A stretch of 28,765 nt of DNA from Pseudonocardiales bacterium (GTDB lineage Bacteria; Actinomycetota; Actinomycetes; Mycobacteriales; Jatrophihabitantaceae). A program made the translations under genes and the position numbers. Below are positions 23,031 through 28,765 of this stretch, piece after piece (positions within the stretch are counted from its first letter, which is position 1; every line of letters starts with the position of its first letter). Below the pieces are notes generated by a model. That model was given only the letters and a program-made list of their open reading frames with translations. It searched no databases and was not told the origin of the DNA. The stretch is from positions 1 through 28,765 of the forward strand of contig JBDTXT010000001.1 in NCBI GenBank assembly GCA_040006035.1, given 5' to 3'.

Positions 23031-23777
23031 TCAACCGCGGGCCATCGCTTCGCAGATCGCAGTCGACTCCCGAGCGCCGGCGACCACTGCGTCCGCGCAG
23101 TGCGTCAACCACTGGGCCACGCCGCCGGACGAGCCCGTGCGATATGCCTCCAGCGCCGCGTCGTATGCATCGCGCAGCTCGCGATGCCCGGCCTCGACCA
23201 CCACCAACGACCGCGGGTCCAAGCCGCGCTCGATGAGGGTCAGCCGCACAGCCACCCGGGCGACCACACCGGACGCCGGGGCGAATGCGTCGAGCGAGAG
23301 CAGCTCACCGTGGACGATCCCAGCCACCACCACCGCCGGAGCCGACGTCGCTCCCAGCACCGCGGCCAGCGTGTCGAGGCGCGCGACCACCTCAGGTGTC
23401 GGCAGCGGACGCCCCAGCCCGTCGCTGTCCGGCACCAGGTCGGCCGCGGCCAGTGCGTGCAGGCGGGCCAGTGCCTGCCTGGGCGCATGCGTCCAAGTGT
23501 CAGCCAGCCCGGCGATGGCGGCGTGCGCCCGCAATGCTCCTTGAACGACTGGATCGCCTGCCTCAGCGCCCGAGCGCACGTCGTCGAGGGCCACCTCGGT
23601 GCCGGCCAGCCACGCGGAGGCCCACGCGCCGCGCAGCGCAGACTCGGCCGACACGTCGGCGGAGCGGCGGCGCAGAGTGCGGTTACTCAGCAGGGCGTCG
23701 ACAGCTGCCCGTGCGGCTGCGACGCCGTCCATGACGCCGGGCAGGTCGAGCAGCGGGGCCAGCGGATCGGCGGTCAC
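23031..23777 (-). CDS. Rv3662c-like protein with a degenerate Fic/Doc-like fold (often annotated 'oxidoreductase')
   Basis: ADPLAPLLDLPGV...SAESALRGAWASA; VVVAGIVHGELLSLDAFAPASGVVAR resembles an eroded HPFxDGNGR motif; conserved position next to Ms1. Confidence 0.75.
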   Translation of the reverse strand: MTADPLAPLLDLPGVMDGVAAARAAVDALLSNRTLRRRSADVSAESALRGAWASAWLAGTEVALDDVRSGAEAGDPVVQGALRAHAAIAGLADTWTHAPRQALARLHALAAADLVPDSDGLGRPLPTPEVVARLDTLAAVLGATSAPAVVVAGIVHGELLSLDAFAPASGVVARVAVRLTLIERGLDPRSLVVVEAGHRELRDAYDAALEAYRTGSSGGVAQWLTHCADAVVAGARESTAICEAMARG

Positions 23778-23894
23778 AACGCCGAAGGCTAACCGCCGCC
23801 GGGAAATGGGTAGGCCAGCAGATGCGCAGTTAGCGCTCGGACTGGAATGATCGGGCCACTACGCTGAGCAGCCGACTGCAGAGGAGCCGACATC

Positions 23895-24326
23895 GTGACG
23901 GTTGAAGCACGACCGAGCAGCGGCCCGGCCGCTCGCCAGTCCGATGAAGAACCCATCGGCCAGCTGGTCGCGGATGTGTCGAGCTCCCTGTCCACGCTGC
24001 TGCACAGCGAGATCGAGCTGGCCAAGCTGGAGCTCAAGGTCTCCGTCAAGAACGCCGGGGTGGGCGTCGGCTACTTCGGCGCCGCCCTCGTGCTGCTCGT
24101 CTTTTCGTTGACCTTCGGGCTGATCGCGCTGGCCGAGGGCATTGCCGCGCTCGGTGTGTATCGCTGGCTGTCGTACCTGATCGTCTTCCTGCTGCTGCTG
24201 GCCGTCGTGGGCATCTTCGCGTGGCTCGGCGTCAAGAAGGTCAAGAAGGTCAAGGCTCCCGAGCGCACGATCGCCACGAGCAGAGACACAGTGGCCTACC
24301 TCAAGGCCAACACGAAGCGCGGATAG
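23895..24326 (+). CDS. Phage-holin-family (superfamily III-like) membrane protein, Rv3669-like
   Basis: GAGGAG RBS; PIGQLVADVSSSLSTLLHSEIELAKLEL, two TM helices, KAPERTIAT; core syntenic gene. Confidence 0.88.
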   Translation: MTVEARPSSGPAARQSDEEPIGQLVADVSSSLSTLLHSEIELAKLELKVSVKNAGVGVGYFGAALVLLVFSLTFGLIALAEGIAALGVYRWLSYLIVFLLLLAVVGIFAWLGVKKVKKVKAPERTIATSRDTVAYLKANTKRG

Positions 24327-24341
24327 GCGGCTAGGCAACGC

Positions 24342-25283
24342 ATGGGTGTTGGTCCCCTTCCCGGTGCACCAGACAGCTCGATCGCGCTGGTCGACGGCCC
24401 GTGGACCCACCGCGTCGTGCGGGCGAACGGGATCGCGCTGCACGTCGCCGAGGCCGGCACCGGCCCGCTCGTCCTGCTGCTGCACGGGTTCCCGCAGTTC
24501 TGGTGGGCGTGGCACCAGCAGTTGAGCGACCTGGCCGGTGCGGGGTTCCGTGCCGTTGCCGTCGACCTGCGCGGCTTCGGTGCCAGCGACAAGCCGCCGC
24601 GCGGTTACGACGCACCCAACCTGGCCGCCGATATGGCCCAACTCGTCAATTCACTCGGCGAGAGCGACGCGATGGTCGTCGGTACCGACCTCGGCGGGCT
24701 GCTCGCCTGGACGATGGCGGCCCGTCATCCGCGCGTAGTACGCAGCCTGGCCCTGGTGGCCGCGGCCCACCCGTTGCGGCTGCGCAGTGCGCTGTCCGCG
24801 CGCGGCGGTGCCCAGCGGCGTGCTTCTGCTTACGCTTTGCGCACCTTTCAGGTGCCCCGCCGCCCGGAGACCCTGCTCACCCGCGACTCGCAGTACGTGC
24901 GCCAACTCTTCGACGGCTGGACCGGACCACGCTGGCGCGGCACCCCGGGCTACGTGGCCGACGTGGAGCGCTACGCCGAGGCGATGCGCGTGCATCCCGT
25001 TGCGTACTGCGCGTCGGAGTACTTCCGGTGGCTGGTCCGCTCGATGGCTCGGCCGGACGGCAGGCGATTCGCTGATTCGCTGCGCGCCCCGATCACTGCC
25101 CCGGTGCTGCATCTGCACGGCGACTTCGACACCTGCGTGCTGCCCTCGACAGCCCAGGGCTCCGGGCAATATGTCACCGGTGACTACGAGTACCGGGTGC
25201 TCGACGGGGTCGGGCATTTTCCGCACAACGAAGTTCCTGAGCTCATCAGTGGCGAATTGATTCGCTGGGCAAAACTGCACTGA
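24342..25283 (+). CDS. Alpha/beta hydrolase, epoxide-hydrolase-like (Rv3670/EphE-like)
   Basis: LLLHGFPQFWWAW, AVDLRGFGASDKP, GTDLGG Asp-nucleophile motif, LHLHGDFD, GVGHFPHNE. Confidence 0.9.
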   Translation: MGVGPLPGAPDSSIALVDGPWTHRVVRANGIALHVAEAGTGPLVLLLHGFPQFWWAWHQQLSDLAGAGFRAVAVDLRGFGASDKPPRGYDAPNLAADMAQLVNSLGESDAMVVGTDLGGLLAWTMAARHPRVVRSLALVAAAHPLRLRSALSARGGAQRRASAYALRTFQVPRRPETLLTRDSQYVRQLFDGWTGPRWRGTPGYVADVERYAEAMRVHPVAYCASEYFRWLVRSMARPDGRRFADSLRAPITAPVLHLHGDFDTCVLPSTAQGSGQYVTGDYEYRVLDGVGHFPHNEVPELISGELIRWAKLH

Positions 25284-25293
25284 ACCGACGGCG

Positions 25294-26487
25294 CTAGCCG
25301 GGCGTGCAACTTTCGGTGCCCGCTGACCCCGTCGCCGTGAGTGCCTTGGCGATGTCCGGAGCGATCTCGTTGTTCGTCAAGGCGTATCCGGTGTTGCTCG
25401 AGTCCAGCGCCGTCGCGAACACGACGCCGAGCACCGTCCCGTCGGTTGCGATGAGCGGCCCACCCGAGTTGCCGCTGCGCACGACCGCGTAGACGGAATA
25501 GATGCTGCGCCGAACGCTGCCGTGGCCGTAGATGTCCTGACCGGACACGGTGTCACGCGAGCGAACGCGAGCCGAGCGGACGTCGAACGGCCCGTCCTGG
25601 GGGTAGCCCAGCACGACGGCTGGATCGCCCGTCGAGGCCTCTTTCGGCGCGAACGGCAGCGACGGAGCATCGAGGTTTGGCACCGAGAGCACGGCCACAT
25701 CCCGGCGTGGGTCGTAGACGATGACCGTGGCCGGCACTGCCTCGGTGTCGCTGACCTGAACCCGAACATGATCGGTGCCGGCGACAACGTGGGCGTTGGT
25801 GATGATCCGGTGCGGCGCGTAGACGAAACCCGTGCCCTCGATGCCCCGGTTGCACGACGGGGCCTCGCCGTAAATTTTGAAGACCGACCCGCTCGCTCGC
25901 TGAACTCGCGCCTGCACCGCGGGCGAGAGCCTGGCGTCAGGCGGGTCGACCTTTACGACCCGGGTGTTGGGCAGATCACCGAAGACGGGCGGGAAGCCGC
26001 TTTGGTTGAGGAAAGAGCGCATCGACGAGTAGAGCCGGCGCACGTCCTGGGGCATGACGTCGTTGACGCTGCGCACGATGCGCGAGTTGACCGCCGCCGC
26101 CGACAGTGACGGGTACGGGGAGGACGCGAGCGGCACCGCGACCATCCAGGCGACGAGCAGCACCGACACGACGCCCAGCGCCGAGCCGATGCCGGCGTCG
26201 ACCTTCTGCCCGCTGTCCTTCACGATGCGCATTCGCACGTGGCCGGCCGCCCACACGCCGAGCAGCTGCCCGATCATCGCCACGAACAGCACGCAGATGA
26301 TGGCGACCGGGATCTGCGCGCGCCCGTTGGCCAGCCGAGAACCCAGCGGCTCGGCCAGTTGCGCGCCGATGATGGCGCCGCCGAAGAAGCCGATCATCGA
26401 GAACAGCCCGACGACCGCGCCATTGCGGAATCCACCTACGCCGTAGGCGATCGCGGCCAGAATGATGACGAGGTCGAGGATGTTCAC
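25294..26487 (-). CDS. marP: MarP-family membrane serine protease (CvpA-like TM region + trypsin-like domain)
   Basis: MNILDLVII...GGFRNG four-TM N-terminus; TNAHVV, RDVAVL, GNSGGP triad; Cys in APSCNR and in the C-terminal ESCTPG. Confidence 0.93.
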   Translation of the reverse strand: MNILDLVIILAAIAYGVGGFRNGAVVGLFSMIGFFGGAIIGAQLAEPLGSRLANGRAQIPVAIICVLFVAMIGQLLGVWAAGHVRMRIVKDSGQKVDAGIGSALGVVSVLLVAWMVAVPLASSPYPSLSAAAVNSRIVRSVNDVMPQDVRRLYSSMRSFLNQSGFPPVFGDLPNTRVVKVDPPDARLSPAVQARVQRASGSVFKIYGEAPSCNRGIEGTGFVYAPHRIITNAHVVAGTDHVRVQVSDTEAVPATVIVYDPRRDVAVLSVPNLDAPSLPFAPKEASTGDPAVVLGYPQDGPFDVRSARVRSRDTVSGQDIYGHGSVRRSIYSVYAVVRSGNSGGPLIATDGTVLGVVFATALDSSNTGYALTNNEIAPDIAKALTATGSAGTESCTPG

Positions 26488-26497
26488 AGGTACCGGC

Positions 26498-26926
26498 TCA
26501 ATTCGTCAGGACGACGAGCTGGCCCGTCTGTCCTTGCTTCTCGTGGATTGTGCACACGACCCTGTACCGCCCAGGTGCGGGAGCATCGAACGTCGCGGTC
26601 TTCGTCTCGCCCGAGGACGCGAGCGGCGTTCCCAATCCGATCGCGTCCCCTCTCAGCGTCCAGTTGTGTGGCGCCCCCTTGCCGGTGTTGATGAGCACGA
26701 CCCGCACCCGGCCGGGATGCACGATGATCGTGGCTGGGTCGAAACGATAGGTATCGCCCGTCTTGACGATGATCTGCTGCAGCCCGTCGACGGCCGAGGC
26801 GGTGGCGGTGCCGCCCTGCGGCCGGCGGTTGATCGAGGCTTGCGTGTTGGTGCAGCTGGCGAGCACGAGCACCGCACACCCGGCCATCGCGGCAGCGCGG
26901 AGCAGCACACGCTGCGCGGGAGACAT
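26498..26926 (-). CDS. Cupredoxin (plastocyanin/azurin-like) lipoprotein
   Basis: Lipobox LASC at residue 25; YRFDPATIIVHPG, PHNWTL, FDAPAPGRYRVVCTIHEKQGQTG type-1 copper motif with Gln at the usual Met position. Confidence 0.85.
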   Translation of the reverse strand: MSPAQRVLLRAAAMAGCAVLVLASCTNTQASINRRPQGGTATASAVDGLQQIIVKTGDTYRFDPATIIVHPGRVRVVLINTGKGAPHNWTLRGDAIGLGTPLASSGETKTATFDAPAPGRYRVVCTIHEKQGQTGQLVVLTN

Positions 26927-26932
26927 TCTCCG

Positions 26933-26938
26933 ACGGTA
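26933..26938 (-). promoter_or_regulatory. -10 element (TACCGT) of a probable leaderless promoter for the cupredoxin gene
   Basis: TANNNT hexamer exactly 6 nt before ATG 26926. Confidence 0.55.
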
Positions 26939-26965
26939 CCGGCGTCAGCGCAACGCCCGTCGGGC

Positions 26966-27619
26966 CTAGTCGGGCAGCGGTCGTAGCTGCGTCTCGTCCC
27001 AGGGCAGGGCCCAGCCGCCGAAGTCGAGCAGGCGGTCGAGCAGCCCAGCGGTGAAGCCCCAGATGAACAGCCCACCCGCGGCGAATCCGGGGCCCTGCCA
27101 GCCTGACGGATGCACGACGCGGAACCGGTTGGCCGGGTCGGTCAGCTGCGCGATCGGGACGACCGCGACGGCCGCGACCTCAGCCGGGTCGACGGCGGTC
27201 ACCGGATGCGGATCGGACCACCAGGCCAGCACCGGCGTGACCACGAAACCGGACGGCGGTAAGAAGATGGCCGGCAGCTCGGCCACGATGTGCACACTGG
27301 CCGGGTCGAGACCAACCTCCTCCTCGGCTTCACGCAGGGCGGTGGCGACCCGGTGCGGATCGTCGGCGTCGGCGGCGCCGCCAGGAAAGGCGACCTGCCC
27401 GGCGTGGGTGCGCATGTCGGCGGCCCGCTCGATGAGCAGCACGCCGGGCCCCTCGGCCGTCCCGGCCAGCGCAATCAGTACGGCCGACGCGCGGCCGCTG
27501 CCGTCGTCCGGGGGCAGGAACCGGGACAGGTCCGCTCCCTCGATCCCGCGGGCCGCGACCGCGAGCGGCCGCAGCCAGGTAGGCAGGACGTCGAGCGAGG
27601 GCTCGGGCAGTTCGCTCAC
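26966..27619 (-). CDS. Nudix-family CoA pyrophosphatase (Rv3672c-like)
   Basis: [20 protein letters not shown], Nudix box [28 protein letters not shown]; GTGA overlap with the nth stop. Confidence 0.93.
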   Translation of the reverse strand: MSELPEPSLDVLPTWLRPLAVAARGIEGADLSRFLPPDDGSGRASAVLIALAGTAEGPGVLLIERAADMRTHAGQVAFPGGAADADDPHRVATALREAEEEVGLDPASVHIVAELPAIFLPPSGFVVTPVLAWWSDPHPVTAVDPAEVAAVAVVPIAQLTDPANRFRVVHPSGWQGPGFAAGGLFIWGFTAGLLDRLLDFGGWALPWDETQLRPLPD

Positions 27620-28338
27620 TCGAGCGACTCCATCATCTGCGACGCGCTGCGCACCAGCTTGGCGGCCGCCAGCGGATCGGTGGGGCCCTCGCCGTAGGAC
27701 GGGCAGAGCCGCGCTATCGGGCACGCGCCGCAGGCCGGCTTGCGGGAATGGCAGATGCGCCGGCCGTGCCAGATGACGCGATGCGAGAGGATCGTCCAAT
27801 CCTTCTTCGGGATCAGCGCGCCGATGGCGTGCTCGACCTTGACCGGGTCGGTGTCGCTCGTCCAGCGCCAGCGCCGGGCCAGCCGGCCGAAGTGGGTGTC
27901 GACGGTGATCCCGGGGATGCCGAACGCGTTGCCGAGTACGACGTTGGCTGTTTTGCGGCCAAACCCGGGCAGCGTGACCAGTTCCTTGAGCGTGTGCGGC
28001 ACCTCGCCGTCGAAGTGTTCGACGAGCGCTTGGCCGACCTTGATCAGCGAGGTGGTCTTGTTCCGGAAGAAGCCGGTGGAGTGGATCATCTGTTCGAGTT
28101 CGGCCCGGTCGGCGCTGGCGTAGTCCTCGGCCGTGCCGTACTTGGCGAACAATGCCGGAGTGACCTCATTGACGCGCTTGTCGGTGGTCTGCGCGGACAG
28201 GATCGTCGCCACCGAGAGCTCAAGCGGATTCGTGAAATCCAGTTCGCAGTGCGCGTCGGGGTAGGTCTCGGCCAGCTCGCGGTTGATCCTGCGGGCGCGA
28301 CGGGTCAGGGCGAGCGGGGTTTCTTCGGCAGGTGGCAC
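27616..28338 (-). CDS. nth: Endonuclease III
   Basis: [11 protein letters not shown]...ILSAQTTD, Hh[19 protein letters not shown], [4Fe-4S] motif [17 protein letters not shown]; GTG start at 28338. Confidence 0.97.
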   Translation of the reverse strand: MPPAEETPLALTRRARRINRELAETYPDAHCELDFTNPLELSVATILSAQTTDKRVNEVTPALFAKYGTAEDYASADRAELEQMIHSTGFFRNKTTSLIKVGQALVEHFDGEVPHTLKELVTLPGFGRKTANVVLGNAFGIPGITVDTHFGRLARRWRWTSDTDPVKVEHAIGALIPKKDWTILSHRVIWHGRRICHSRKPACGACPIARLCPSYGEGPTDPLAAAKLVRSASQMMESLE

Positions 28339-28345
28339 GTCCGCC

Positions 28346-28351
28346 AGCCTA
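28346..28351 (-). promoter_or_regulatory. -10 element (TAGGCT) of a probable leaderless nth promoter
   Basis: TAGGCT-N7-GTG with no Shine-Dalgarno sequence. Confidence 0.6.
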
Positions 28352-28404
28352 CGAGGGCGCGCCGACGACGTCCGGACCGTGGCACTGCGGCACAATGGGC
28401 CAGG

Positions 28405-28641
28405 ATGATCGGTTTCCTGTTCCTCCTGTTCCCATTCGTGCTGCTCGGCTTCATGCTCCTGATGGGGCGGGTCGAGGAGCCGCTGAGCCAGGTCGCGGTC
28501 GAGCGCGACATCGAGCAGTTCCTCGACGACGCGAGCCCGTCCGAGCTGGACACCTTCGTCCGCGAGGGCACCGAATCCGCGCTGGGGCGCTTCCGTCAGC
28601 GGTTGGGCTTCGGCCGACTGCGGCGCAACCGGCCGACATGA
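28405..28641 (+). CDS. Small N-terminally anchored membrane protein (78 aa), at the Rv3675 position
   Basis: [20 protein letters not shown] hydrophobic helix followed by a charged domain; high GC3; lies between nth and crp. Confidence 0.75.
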   Translation: MIGFLFLLFPFVLLGFMLLMGRVEEPLSQVAVERDIEQFLDDASPSELDTFVREGTESALGRFRQRLGFGRLRRNRPT

Positions 28642-28664
28642 TCTTCGCTGTTTCCGCAAGTCGC

Positions 28665-28696
28665 TAGACTCGCGACCAACTGTGACCGAGCTCGCA
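28665..28696 (+). promoter_or_regulatory. crp promoter: -10 TAGACT plus downstream CRP/GlxR site TGTGA-CCGAGC-TCGCA
   Basis: TAGACT 28665-28670; 9/10 match to TGTGA-N6-TCACA at 28681-28696. Confidence 0.65.
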
Positions 28697-28750
28697 GAGC
28701 TCGTACTTGTGCCGTCACAGAAGACGATGCGCGATGAATCAGGAGCGGAC

Positions 28751-28765
28751 GTGGACGAAATCCTC
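28751..28765 (+). CDS. crp: 5' end of Crp/Fnr-family regulator (Rv3676/GlxR ortholog), partial
   Basis: AGGAG RBS 28741-28745, then GTG GAC GAA ATC CTC = MDEIL, matching the N-terminus I recall for mycobacterial CRP; synteny with nth. Only 5 codons visible. Confidence 0.7.

Noticed and set aside
22697-23112. Short ORFs overlapping the HAD-Fic intergenic region (22697-22984, 22767-22955, 22780-23112)
   Set aside because: No RBS or motifs; the interval is better explained by the structured Ms1-type RNA.
23895-24326. Holin-family gene as evidence of a prophage or a lysis cassette with the CHAP enzyme
   Set aside because: Core syntenic actinobacterial gene (Rv3669-like); no phage structural, integrase or replication genes nearby.
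1-28765. CRISPR arrays, tRNA/rRNA, IS/transposase, integrase or anti-phage defence genes
   Set aside because: No regularly spaced repeats, cloverleaf motifs, terminal inverted repeats or DDE/tyrosine-recombinase motifs were seen. The LAL STAND ATPase ends in a LuxR HTH and is a transcription regulator, not an Avs-type defence protein.

Overview
High-GC Actinomycetota chromosomal window with no rRNA, tRNA, CRISPR array, IS element or prophage visible. The right part (about 18.6-28.8 kb) is the conserved actinobacterial block syntenic with M. tuberculosis Rv3657c-Rv3676: tadC-tadB-tadA-ssd, HAD hydrolase, a probable Ms1/MTS2823-type RNA-polymerase-binding ncRNA, a Fic-like protein, a holin-family membrane protein, an epoxide-hydrolase-like protein, marP, a Nudix CoA pyrophosphatase, nth, a small membrane protein and the first five codons of crp. 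Departures from that layout: the tad cluster has no pilin/TadE genes here and is followed by an unannotated 42-aa basic smORF; Ssd lacks its N-terminal domain; the TlpA-type thioredoxin gene is absent; and a cupredoxin lipoprotein with Gln in the axial-ligand position sits in front of marP. The left part (1-18.5 kb) is more accessory: acVLRF1 peptidyl-tRNA hydrolase, an 832-aa polytopic membrane protein that looks like a split alpha/beta-hydrolase coupled to a second hydrolase, a GAF-PAS-GGDEF-EAL protein, GDPD, a GNAT/Zn-ADH/BtuF-like operon, a LAL-type LuxR regulator, DUF3291, a secreted PG-binding/CHAP hydrolase, MDMPI, DUF1203 and a secreted phospholipase C/AcpA-type phosphoesterase. All family calls come from motif recognition and remembered synteny, not database searches; several start codons were reassigned from the ORF track.
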